A model generated the notes under the pieces. The model saw nothing but the letters and a program-made list of their open reading frames with translations. It had not been told where the DNA came from and ran no database searches. This document shows, piece by piece, positions 54,311-63,192 of a DNA stretch of 64,000 nt. Source of the DNA: a virus. The stretch lies in IMG/VR virus record IMGVR_UViG_3300010339_000002, positions 5,329 to 69,328 of that record, one strand, 5' to 3'. A program made the position numbers and the translations under genes. How positions within the stretch are numbered: position 1 is the first letter of the stretch; each line of letters begins with the position of its first letter.

Positions 54311-54403
54311 TGGTAGTCCCGGAGGGATTCGAACCCCCAATCACGCCCCAATCTAGGGCTTGCGGTGTATAAGGCCGCTGTTTTACCGTTAAACTACGGG
54401 ACT
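54311..54403 (-). tRNA. tRNA-Ile(TAT) with long variable arm
   Basis: AGTCCCG/CGGGACT acceptor, A73; loop CT TAT AC; variable hairpin GCCC-TAGATTG-GGGC. Confidence 0.75.
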
Positions 54404-54412
54404 ACTTAAACT

Positions 54413-54504
54413 TGGCGGAGTGTGCTGGATTCGAACCAGCGGTCCCCCTTTCGAGGGACGGCGGTTTAGCAAACCGCTGGGTTAAGCCTCTCCCCCAACA
54501 CTCC
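54413..54504 (-). tRNA. tRNA-Ser(GCT)
   Basis: GCGGT-TT GCT AA-ACCGC; long variable arm; G73. Confidence 0.92.
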
Positions 54505-54506
54505 GT

Positions 54507-54544
54507 AAAAACAAAAAAGCCGCCGAACCCTTTGGGCTGGCGGC
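54507..54544 (-). terminator. intrinsic terminator (attenuator) directly upstream of first Ser tRNA
   Basis: GCCGCCAGCCC-AAA-GGGTTCGGCGGC then TTTTTTGTTTTT. Confidence 0.88.
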
Positions 54545-54567
54545 GCTTACTGCCTCTGTGTGCTCGC

Positions 54568-54651
54568 TTAGTCTGTCGTGTAGACACGCACACCGCCGCC
54601 TGCCCCTGAGGAGCTACTAGATGACGACGATATGCGAACGATGTATCCCAT
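54568..54651 (-). CDS. attenuator leader peptide with Ser8 run (27 aa)
   Basis: MGYIVRISSSSSSSSGAGGGVRVYTTD*; codons ATA TCG TCG TCA TCT AGT AGC TCC TCA. Confidence 0.88.
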   Translation of the reverse strand: MGYIVRISSSSSSSSGAGGGVRVYTTD

Positions 54652-54657
54652 GTCTAT

Positions 54658-54687
54658 ATAATACCGCGGTAGCGGGTATTTTGGCTA
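54658..54687 (-). promoter_or_regulatory. repeated phage promoter variant driving Ser leader
   Basis: TAGCCAAAATACCCGCTACCGCGGTATTAT-N6-ATG. Confidence 0.8.
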
Positions 54688-55302
54688 GAACTATTTTTCA
54701 GGCATGATCCGGCAAATTGCCGACAGGTTCTTCCGGTTTGTGACCGCCGCCTCTGCCCTCTTCTTGGAAGAGACCGTCTTCCACGGCAGCCATCTCCCCC
54801 CGGTGAGGTACTCAATCTTCCACTTCATTTCCCGATCCTTCCCCCGGTCATGCCGAGGACGCAGGCACCCACAAACGCAACCAGCCCAAGCACGACGACG
54901 GCTGTAGCAAAGCCGATCAAAAACCACACAAGCTGGCAACTCATCTCGCCTTTGCCGCTTTTTTCTTGGGCTCCGGGAGGGGCTTAAGCTCGAACCAGAA
55001 CCCGGCAAAGCCGACCGCCGTCTCTCCGGTCTTGGGGCTGTACAGCCGCCCGTCCTTATCCTCGATCGCGTTCTTGGACACGCTGGCAATAGTGGTTGTC
55101 TCTTCGGACGTGACTCCGGCTCCGTGCACCAGTAAACGGACCTTCTGGCCTTTTTTGAATGTCATGCCCATAAAAAATTGGCTGGACCGACCCTCACGAA
55201 CCGTCCCTTTGTCGTCAGATTCGGGACGTAGTGTCTGACAGTAGGATTGCCTCATCGGCAAACAGCCCAGCCACTCACCTAATACTGCGGCCCATCGCAG
55301 AA

Positions 55303-55692
55303 TCATCGAATGCCCGCGTTGTCTTCCGCGTCAAATTGCTCTTGCAAGTGGTGGCGTCGAACAAAGTTCATATATCTGTTGCGGGTCACCAAAAGATAGA
55401 AATCCTGAACCTTGTTGTACTCATTGTAATGAGGCAAATCCACTATCATGCAGGCCAGCATCTCATTGTTGCGGGCATCGATCTCTTTCAATGAAAGCAG
55501 GTTTGTCGCCATGCGGTTCGGCGTGCCGCTATGAATAAAGTTGAATTCGGCCGTCAAGTAGGCAGTGCGCTCCGTTTGGCTGCCCCAAAGAGCCGCCTCA
55601 GCTTGACACTGTGTTGCCGTTTGTGCGAGCATCGGCGAAGCGAACAGCAGTACCATCAGTAAAAGAATGACTGATACGAATTTGTGCCCCAT
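55303..55692 (-). CDS. secreted hypothetical protein
   Basis: signal peptide, SD AGGAGG. Confidence 0.65.
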   Translation of the reverse strand: MGHKFVSVILLLMVLLFASPMLAQTATQCQAEAALWGSQTERTAYLTAEFNFIHSGTPNRMATNLLSLKEIDARNNEMLACMIVDLPHYNEYNKVQDFYLLVTRNRYMNFVRRHHLQEQFDAEDNAGIR

Positions 55693-55749
55693 GTTTTGTT
55701 TCCTCCTGCCGCCGCTCCCTTGGGCTGCGGTTCTGCGATCCGTGTTACG

Positions 55750-56319
55750 TCAGCCTTGTTCTTCGGGTTTGTCCAATGCCTGCAACAGGATCGGCTTCTC
55801 CGCCTGCCCCGGCTCCGAAGCCGGGGTGTCTTCCCCGAGGCGGTCGGCGACGTAGGCGTCCCCTTGGTTGAAGCGCAGCGCGCCGCCGAGCTTGACCGCT
55901 CGAACCTTGTCGCTGAACTCGGCGAAGCCCTCTTGGTCTTCGCTCAGCAGGAATTTTTGCAGGAATTCCTTGCTTTCGGCGGTGACGCCGACCCACTCGT
56001 CGCCGTCAAAACCGTACACGCCGCAGCCGACCATCCCGATCTGTTTTTCGCCGTAACCGGAAGTGACGACGGCGTACACGCCGCCTTGCGGCCCCCGCAC
56101 GGCCACGATGTGCACGTCGCCGTAGCTCAAGTCGCCGGAGTTCACATGGGCCACCGTCGATTTCACGAAGCTCCTGCCCTCCACCCACGCCTTCTCGTCG
56201 CGGATGTAGAGCCAGTTCTTGTAGAACTCGACGGTCACGCCCTGCGGGCTCGCGAAGGAGCCCCCGCAGGGATTTCCACCCAAATCCACAGCCATCGTGT
56301 CCCAGTTGCTCAGTGCCAT
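55750..56319 (-). CDS. hypothetical phage protein
   Basis: 189-aa ORF, GC3-rich. Confidence 0.7.
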   Translation of the reverse strand: MALSNWDTMAVDLGGNPCGGSFASPQGVTVEFYKNWLYIRDEKAWVEGRSFVKSTVAHVNSGDLSYGDVHIVAVRGPQGGVYAVVTSGYGEKQIGMVGCGVYGFDGDEWVGVTAESKEFLQKFLLSEDQEGFAEFSDKVRAVKLGGALRFNQGDAYVADRLGEDTPASEPGQAEKPILLQALDKPEEQG

Positions 56320-56360
56320 TGCTTTACCGCCCCCGTTCGGCTACTCGGCCGAGTTTGGTA

Positions 56361-56588
56361 CTATCGACATCTCACTTCATGGGCAACTCTTTGTCCGGGA
56401 CACTGCTCCCAACAATGAGTAGTTCCATTGTCGTTGACACAAAGCTCCCAATAACAGCCGTTCGTTTGCTTCATCCAACCCGTACAGCTAGGAGTTGGTG
56501 CGGCAGTCAGTGGCGTAGTGCTGTAATAAGCGGCGAAAAACCCCGTTATCAACAGCACTGCTACAGATAATACAAGCTTGAGTTTCAT
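56361..56588 (-). CDS. small secreted cysteine-rich peptide
   Basis: signal peptide plus mature part with six Cys. Confidence 0.6.
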   Translation of the reverse strand: MKLKLVLSVAVLLITGFFAAYYSTTPLTAAPTPSCTGWMKQTNGCYWELCVNDNGTTHCWEQCPGQRVAHEVRCR

Positions 56589-56634
56589 TTTCTTTCCTTC
56601 GATCTTGGCTCGATTCCCGGCTCGACCTGCCGTA

Positions 56635-57039
56635 CTAGAATTTCTGCTGAGCGACTTCACACTGAAAGTGATGCGTGTCGTTGATTGTCAACGCTCCGCT
56701 TGTTCGGCTAATGTTATATGTTAGTGGATTAGTCCAGAAATCCCCACGCGGTCCGTGCATCAAGACTCGTCCCCCTGTCCATGTAACCCTAGTGGAAGTG
56801 AACACCGCTGGATGGAAGTTTCCATCGTCATGTTCTAGGTAATCAGACTTGGCTCGACTGTTGATCTCGTCAAGTGTGATATGTATTTCCGGCTCACGAA
56901 GTTCCGGAAAACTGTCTGTAGAAACGAATGCACAGGAAAGGGTCTTCTCCTGTGCCATTGCTGAAACTGAGGCAAGAGACACGAAGAACAAGAAAGCCAC
57001 TGCTAACGCCAAAAATTTAAGCCCGGTTCTTACTTGCAT
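56635..57039 (-). CDS. secreted hypothetical protein
   Basis: signal peptide ending SAMA. Confidence 0.6.
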   Translation of the reverse strand: MQVRTGLKFLALAVAFLFFVSLASVSAMAQEKTLSCAFVSTDSFPELREPEIHITLDEINSRAKSDYLEHDDGNFHPAVFTSTRVTWTGGRVLMHGPRGDFWTNPLTYNISRTSGALTINDTHHFQCEVAQQKF

Positions 57040-57118
57040 GATGCCCTCCCAGTCAAAGTTTACTGCTGTCTTCCCCACCCGGTCTCCGTTTTCTTTCACC
57101 TGTAGAGTATACCACAAG

Positions 57119-57703
57119 CTAGTTAGGTTTATCACGGCAAATCGTAATCGCTTGGTGAAACTTGTCAGCCAGCTTTTGGGTATCTTCGCGGGTGGTGCCG
57201 CCCGGCAACGAAAAGACAGAAATGGGACTCGCAATAGCTGTCCCGCGTCGAATCGCGATGGAGCGGTACCCGTCTGCGGTTTTCAGGATAATCCAATCCC
57301 GATAATCGGGAAGCGCGTCACCGCTCAAACTCAGAATAGTGACGGCGACATCAGGGTCGATATCCTTGAGATTAAAGAGGATATCCATGTTGACCAAATC
57401 CCGGTGTTTGAGATGAACGCTTACACGCTCGTGGGCGTCGTCTATCAAGACATCCTTGTCGCTGACGGGTTCCGGGTATTCGCGGACGATGCTCACGTGC
57501 ACGGTGGCTTCGCAGCCGTCGAATTCAATGCGGTCCCGTTCACTGCGAGAGACATCCTTCGGTTCAATCAAGGTGTAAGAACCGTTTCGTTCAACAAAAC
57601 TTTGAATCCAATTCGTGATCTCTTTCAAATTCGTTACTTTGAAAGCCGTCAAAGCCAGAACGGACATCAAAGAAAGCAGCAACACGGGTATCTTGAGTTT
57701 CAT
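57119..57703 (-). CDS. secreted hypothetical protein
   Basis: signal peptide MKLKIPVLLLSLMSVLA. Confidence 0.6.
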   Translation of the reverse strand: MKLKIPVLLLSLMSVLALTAFKVTNLKEITNWIQSFVERNGSYTLIEPKDVSRSERDRIEFDGCEATVHVSIVREYPEPVSDKDVLIDDAHERVSVHLKHRDLVNMDILFNLKDIDPDVAVTILSLSGDALPDYRDWIILKTADGYRSIAIRRGTAIASPISVFSLPGGTTREDTQKLADKFHQAITICRDKPN

Positions 57704-57764
57704 GATTAACCCTTCTTCGGTTTGATGAAGAACAACTTGTAAACGTCCGATCCATAAAAGGCAT

Positions 57765-58772
57765 TCAAATCCATCCCGAGAGCGGTCGCTTCCAGATGTC
57801 CCGGCCAAAATCCCGTCCAGCGGGCGAACATCGAATCGTGCCCCTTGCTAGTTTAGTTTCGGCTGCTTTCTTGGCATCAGCCACAGAGCCTTTGAAAGCG
57901 ACAACAGGCTTTCCGTCTCGGGTTGTAACATGATAGTCTACCCCCCAACCACACAGCCATTCGGCTACATTGGCAGCGGAATGACGCCAACAGCTTTTTC
58001 CGGGGGGGAAATGAATTTCAGCCGTAAAGGGATTCTGGATACCAAAAATATATTCGTCTTTCACACCCATTCCAACTGATAAGTTGTCGCTTCTCCAAAT
58101 GTCCTTATCATTGTCAGGGCTTCCATATTTTGCATCCATCTCCTCTGTGCGGGGCAGGAAGCCTTGATACGCCAGTTCTACATTCTTAGCATAGACGAGA
58201 ACATAATCGGTCGTGTTGGGGTTGCTTGCCTTCGGAGAATAAGCACATTCCCACGTAACAATCCCTAGTCGATTCTCTTCCCCGAAGATATCATCCATCA
58301 GCAGCCCGAGGCGGAAAAGTTCTTGAGGCCCGATGTGCACCGCGATCACGCCAGATGCCTTCAACAAGCGCCTCATGAGGCGAAGCCTGAGCTTCATGAA
58401 ACTCAGCCATTTGCTATGGCGGGAGGCGTCCTGCGCCTTGACCCAATGCCCGGCATCGGGGTCTTGGCTGGACATCGATAGGGCTTCGACTTCCTTCTTG
58501 CTCAGGTAGAAATTGTCCTCGTAGCAGAAATCGTTGTTGCCCGTGTTGTACGGCGGATCGCAGAGCATCAGGTCAACCTGCCCCATCAGGCGGTACTGTC
58601 CGAACATCAGGGTCTTCATGACTTCGACGTTGTCGCCCTGCATGACCAAATTAGTTTGGTTGAGCGGCATGCGACCGACGCTCTTGTTTTCGTCTTTGGT
58701 AAGAGTTACGGGCTTGATGTTGGCATAGATGTTGTCGCATCCCGGCCATATAAGCTTGCTCAGGTTAGCCAT
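57765..58772 (-). CDS. type III Mod-like DNA adenine methyltransferase, C-terminally truncated
   Basis: GDN..V, DPPYNTG, HSKWLSFM..RL, DDIFGEEN; no FxGxG SAM-binding motif before stop. Confidence 0.8.
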   Translation of the reverse strand: MANLSKLIWPGCDNIYANIKPVTLTKDENKSVGRMPLNQTNLVMQGDNVEVMKTLMFGQYRLMGQVDLMLCDPPYNTGNNDFCYEDNFYLSKKEVEALSMSSQDPDAGHWVKAQDASRHSKWLSFMKLRLRLMRRLLKASGVIAVHIGPQELFRLGLLMDDIFGEENRLGIVTWECAYSPKASNPNTTDYVLVYAKNVELAYQGFLPRTEEMDAKYGSPDNDKDIWRSDNLSVGMGVKDEYIFGIQNPFTAEIHFPPGKSCWRHSAANVAEWLCGWGVDYHVTTRDGKPVVAFKGSVADAKKAAETKLARGTIRCSPAGRDFGRDIWKRPLSGWI

Positions 58773-58778
58773 ACCCTT

Positions 58779-58808
58779 AGTATACATCGGTTGGGATGGT
58801 TTTCGCTA
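58779..58808 (-). promoter_or_regulatory. repeated phage promoter
   Basis: TAGCGAAAACCATCCCAACCGATGTATACT-N6-ATG. Confidence 0.85.
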
Positions 58809-58842
58809 GAAATTAGTGCTTTGGAATCAACCAGCTAGGGAC

Positions 58843-60627
58843 TTAATCGGCCCCGAGGCTAAGTCCGTTGCTGCTCAAAGTCTGTTGCAGCCACTCTAAT
58901 CCCACAGTCCGAATACCGAGAGCCTTGGCTTTGTCGAGCTTGCTTCCCGCGTCTTCCCCCACGATCAGCAGGTTGATTTTCTTGCTGACTCCGGACTTCG
59001 CCACGGCTCCGAGGCTTTCCAGCTTCTTCGTTATCGAATTGCGGTCTTCCTCGAAAGCTCCGGTGATGCAAAATATCACTCCGTTCAACGGGGCGGAAAC
59101 CTTCGGTTTTTCCACTGGCATAGGTCTTACTCCCCTCTCGTACAGAGTATAGCACATTTTTAGGCTCTCGGGGTCGTTGGCCCATTCGCAGATGGAACCG
59201 AGCTTCGCTTCCCCAAAGCCCTCAAGTTCCAGCTTCGGCAGGAGAAGCAGCTTATCTGGCAAATTAGCGATGTCATCAGACTTGAGGTCCAAGGAAATAG
59301 CGATTTGCTTGCCAAGCGTCGCACCGATCATCGGGATGCACAACGCTTTAATCCAACGTTCCCATGATGCGGTCTTTGCGGCCTCAAGAGACTTCACCAT
59401 TTTGAGAACTGTTACGGCGAAGCCATCATCCCGTAGAAATTCCATTGCGGAGGCTTCGCCATATTTGGCAATGCCGTTTTGCACATCTTGGAGGAAATCA
59501 TACAACTCTCCGAGATCATGGCACCCGATGTCCGCCAACCGAGTTGCCATCTCCGGCCCCAGTCCGTCGATCTCCAGCACTTCCCTGCTGCCGATAAAAG
59601 TCAGGGTGTCCCGGACTCGGCCGGGACACCCCTTGTTGGGACAACGATGGATGAGAATACCAACACCGCCCTCGTCCGACTCTTCGAGTGGGGTGCGGCA
59701 CTCTGGACAATTGAGCGGGGAAACGATCTCAATAAGTCCCATCGCCAACTCCGACTCGGGGAGAACTCTTGTTATTAAAGGAATTACCTCCCCGCTGCGA
59801 CATATCTCCACAGTACAACCCAATTTCAGTCCCATCTCCCCAATCCAAGTGGCGTTGTTTAGGGTTACCCTAGTTACTGTGGCTCCAGCGAGCACCACAG
59901 GATCAATAATACCTACGGGTGTAAGTTTTCCACTCCTTCCAACTTGCCAAACTATTTCCCGAAGACGGGATACCGCTGTGGAACTTTGCGGCTTGAAACA
60001 AATTTGATAGTTCGTGTACTTGCTGCCCACACCAAGCTGGCGACGGAGCTTGTGGGAATCTACTTTGATGACCACACCGTCTGCCTGAATATCAGACTTT
60101 TTGTTTTCTTCTAGGGTCTCATGCAAAGCCGAGATTAGTTTCTCCGCATCGCGTGCCAATCTTCCAGATGGCGCGGGAAAGCCAGATTCGGCAAGCAACT
60201 CTAGGCGTTTTAATCCGGAATCTGGCAGTGCTTCGTTATCACCCAGCACATCCCACGGTACGATCTGGATTTCTCGGTCGGAAATCAAGCTGATATCCTT
60301 GAGCTTCATCGTGCCGCCAGTAAGGTTGCGAGTCGAAGTATAGACCTTGCCGCCTCTCGCCTCGGCTTCTTTGTTCAGTCGTTCGAGCGTACTGTTTTTC
60401 ATTACCAGTTCGCCGCGGACCTCAAGCTCTGCGGGTAGCGACGCTGGAAGGGTCTTGGGAATCGACCCAACGGCGTATGCTTGCGGCGTGATGTCCTCGC
60501 CGCTCCTGCCGTCGCCTCGGGTCAGAGCGCGGAACAGCGTGTGGTGCCTGTAGAGAAGCGCACAAGAAATTCCATCCCGTTTTGGCTCAACACAAACAAT
60601 TGTCTTTTCCGACTTTACATTACTCAT
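58843..60627 (-). CDS. ligA: NAD-dependent DNA ligase, C-terminal part (adenylation, OB, Zn, HhH, BRCT)
   Basis: EPKRDG, LTRGDG, EVRGE, DGVVIK, VGRSGKLTP, CPEC...C...C, BRCT. Confidence 0.92.
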   Translation of the reverse strand: MSNVKSEKTIVCVEPKRDGISCALLYRHHTLFRALTRGDGRSGEDITPQAYAVGSIPKTLPASLPAELEVRGELVMKNSTLERLNKEAEARGGKVYTSTRNLTGGTMKLKDISLISDREIQIVPWDVLGDNEALPDSGLKRLELLAESGFPAPSGRLARDAEKLISALHETLEENKKSDIQADGVVIKVDSHKLRRQLGVGSKYTNYQICFKPQSSTAVSRLREIVWQVGRSGKLTPVGIIDPVVLAGATVTRVTLNNATWIGEMGLKLGCTVEICRSGEVIPLITRVLPESELAMGLIEIVSPLNCPECRTPLEESDEGGVGILIHRCPNKGCPGRVRDTLTFIGSREVLEIDGLGPEMATRLADIGCHDLGELYDFLQDVQNGIAKYGEASAMEFLRDDGFAVTVLKMVKSLEAAKTASWERWIKALCIPMIGATLGKQIAISLDLKSDDIANLPDKLLLLPKLELEGFGEAKLGSICEWANDPESLKMCYTLYERGVRPMPVEKPKVSAPLNGVIFCITGAFEEDRNSITKKLESLGAVAKSGVSKKINLLIVGEDAGSKLDKAKALGIRTVGLEWLQQTLSSNGLSLGAD

Positions 60628-60643
60628 ATAGAGGTACCATCAA

Positions 60644-61369
60644 TTGAAATTTGACCGAAAGACCGCCATAGCATCGGTGTATGAAATTCGTAACAATCAA
60701 ACCAATGCTGTGTATATCGGCAGTAGCACGCATACTCATTTTCGTTGGGATCGTCACTACCGTGAGCTTACTCGGGGAGTTCATGTTAACCCCAAGTTGC
60801 AAGCCGCGTGGAACAAGTATGGAGCGGACAAGTTTGAATTCAAGATGCTTGAAACCCACGAAAATCCGACCGAGAAATTCCTGCGTGAACGTGAAAAAGC
60901 TGTAATCTTGCAGACTGGGGTGCTGATTACAGGATACAACTTGTCGGCCGATACCGTTGCTCCTATGGCTGGTAGAAAGCACTCGGATGTTTCGCGTGCC
61001 AAAATGTCTGCGTCTCAAACTGGACGTAAACACACAGAAGAAACAAAAAAGAAAATTGGAGAAGCGAACAGTCGTCGTGTTTGGACTCCAGAAATGCGAG
61101 CAAAGCGAGCGGAAATAGCCCGTAAAAACCAAATTGGAAAAACCTATGTCATGTCTAAACAGGGCCGAAAAAATATATCTGAAGCGAAAAGGGGCAAGCC
61201 TACAGGTCCGTGGGCTCAACCGATGTCCTTGGAAGGACGAAAAAACATTAGTCGTGCGCATTTGGGAATCAAACGCAAAGCTCCTGTGACTGCCAAAGAA
61301 CGTGAAAATAGGCGTCAAGCGGCCTTGCTTCGTTGGGCTACAATCAGGGAAGCGCATCATACCACCTAA
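60644..61369 (+). CDS. GIY-YIG homing endonuclease with NUMOD3 repeats, inserted antisense in ligA
   Basis: SVYEIRN...VYIGSS...H.N.KLQ.AWNKYG; GRKHS/GRKHTEETK. Confidence 0.9.
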   Translation: MKFDRKTAIASVYEIRNNQTNAVYIGSSTHTHFRWDRHYRELTRGVHVNPKLQAAWNKYGADKFEFKMLETHENPTEKFLREREKAVILQTGVLITGYNLSADTVAPMAGRKHSDVSRAKMSASQTGRKHTEETKKKIGEANSRRVWTPEMRAKRAEIARKNQIGKTYVMSKQGRKNISEAKRGKPTGPWAQPMSLEGRKNISRAHLGIKRKAPVTAKERENRRQAALLRWATIREAHHTT

Positions 61370-61634
61370 GAAGCTCTTCTTCTTCATACTTGTTCTCAAT
61401 GCTGAGCATCGGCACAGCATGCAAGATGCGGCCACTAGTGAGGTCGCTGCCGACCGAGGAAAGCACAGGCGCATAGTCGGCAAATTCCGGGTACCGCTCA
61501 ACCAAATCCTTTAGCTGGCGCTCCAGCGCGTCGAATTCCGCATCCGACATGATGGGCTGGTTCTTCTTGTAGTACGCCTCGCTCGCTTCCCTGAGCCGGG
61601 CGTTGAAATCGACTATCTGTTGCCGAACGTTCAT
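61344..61634 (-). CDS. ligA: NAD-dependent DNA ligase, N-terminal part (domain Ia)
   Basis: AYY....PIMSDAEFDAL...L..L...YPE...VG...H..PMLSI. Confidence 0.9.
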   Translation of the reverse strand: MNVRQQIVDFNARLREASEAYYKKNQPIMSDAEFDALERQLKDLVERYPEFADYAPVLSSVGSDLTSGRILHAVPMLSIENKYEEEELLRWYDALP

Positions 61635-62124
61635 AGCTTGTCCTCACTGAGGCTTCGTGACTGGCAGAACCTTATCGGGGAACGCCTCGTGAAACGTCTC
61701 ACGGGCATCAGTCTTCCCGATGAATCCAAGCTCTCCTCGGCCTTCCAGCGTCATCTTCTTATCCAACTCTGTGTATTCCGGCGTGTACTTCCACACATTA
61801 GGCTTGTTGGTGGGCATGAACATGTTCATCTCACTCACAGCCCCGCACGCTTGGCAAACAATATCTACGGAACGAGCGCAGCAGTAACCGAAGACCCGCA
61901 TGTCGGTTGACCCGCAGTTCTTAGGACAAGGATGCTCCGCCTTGTATGTGTATCTCATTCGATTTCGCAATCGTCCACGTGGTTCGCGTACAGGATGCAC
62001 CACACAACAGCTATGAAATTGAAGATCAAACCTTCCCAGTGGTGGTGGGCGGCTTGTATGGCTCCGGTCGCTGCTGCGGCAGAGATAAATAGGACAACAG
62101 TTAACAGCTTTTTCTTTTTGATAG

Positions 62125-62442
62125 TCATGATCCCTCCATGGCTGCATAAGCAGAATAGATCATCCATGCTGTCGCCGACGCCAGAGCGACGACCATCATG
62201 GTTTCGACGCAGAAGTCAACGACTGTACTGCCGCAATGCAGCAGGTGGGGAAAGTAAACAAGCACCAAGATGAATGCAACCCAATGGCTGGTGCAGTAGG
62301 GGCATGACAATCCCCCGCCAAGGAAGGCGCTCCGGCCCTTGATCCACCCGCGCAAAGGGGCGAACATCTCAGACCTTGAGATCGTCATGCTGATCGCCCC
62401 GCAGGCGATGCTCAGGAACACGAGCGCGAGAAACTCGTTCAT
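62125..62442 (-). CDS. DUF1360-like membrane protein
   Basis: FAPLR...LSCPYCTSHWV. Confidence 0.65.
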   Translation of the reverse strand: MNEFLALVFLSIACGAISMTISRSEMFAPLRGWIKGRSAFLGGGLSCPYCTSHWVAFILVLVYFPHLLHCGSTVVDFCVETMMVVALASATAWMIYSAYAAMEGS

Positions 62443-63192
62443 TTCTTGCCGTCGTCCACGAAATGGATTATCGGGCAGATACCGTCATGGGCGGCTTTTG
62501 CCCGCTCGCTCAGGACTTCGGTGAATCTCGTGATGGCTTGGATCGGGTGCCTTCGCACTTTTTCCTTGGTCTTTTCGACGGCCCAGATGACGCCAACAAT
62601 AAAAGAGAGTATCAGCGCCACGTACACAAGAGAGGCGGCCAACGCTATCAAGCCGTGTACGCCGCAGTACTTGTAGAGGATGCCCAAGCCAGCGACGGCG
62701 AGAACCGATAACGTCCACCAAATCCTCGGACGCGAAAAGACGAACCGCAAGGGAGCCCAAAGAAGGACTATCCGGACGTAGGGACAAAGGTTGAAGGTGG
62801 CTTCCTTGTCCCATGCTGCATACTCCTCCACGGATTGCTCATGTACCTGCTTGAACCAGAAGTTAAAAACCCTGTAGTGCCACGTATTCTTTGATATGTT
62901 CATGTTGCCCCCGCAAGATACGAGTTTAAGGCATAGGGAATGGAGAGTCAAACAAATTCATTCGCAGTCGGACCAAAACTTGTGGTTGCCGGAGAGGTCT
63001 CTCAGGGGGTGGGTGTACTCGCAATAATTGTGCCGCTTGGAGCCGTTGAAAACCACCTGTCTGTTGCCCGTGAAGGCCGACTTGACGCCGTGCTCCGGGC
63101 AGATAACCAGTCCCGAGGCGGCGACGGAAAGCGCGAACAGCAGAACGAGAAGAAGCAACGTAATGATGATGATCCTCTCTTTGTAGCACCAA

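Noticed and set aside
60620-61501. 293-aa minus-strand ORF bridging the two ligase halves (possible intein or frameshift)
   Set aside because: Antisense shadow of the GIY-YIG gene, no intein motifs, not in frame with the N-terminal half, and it stops at 60620.
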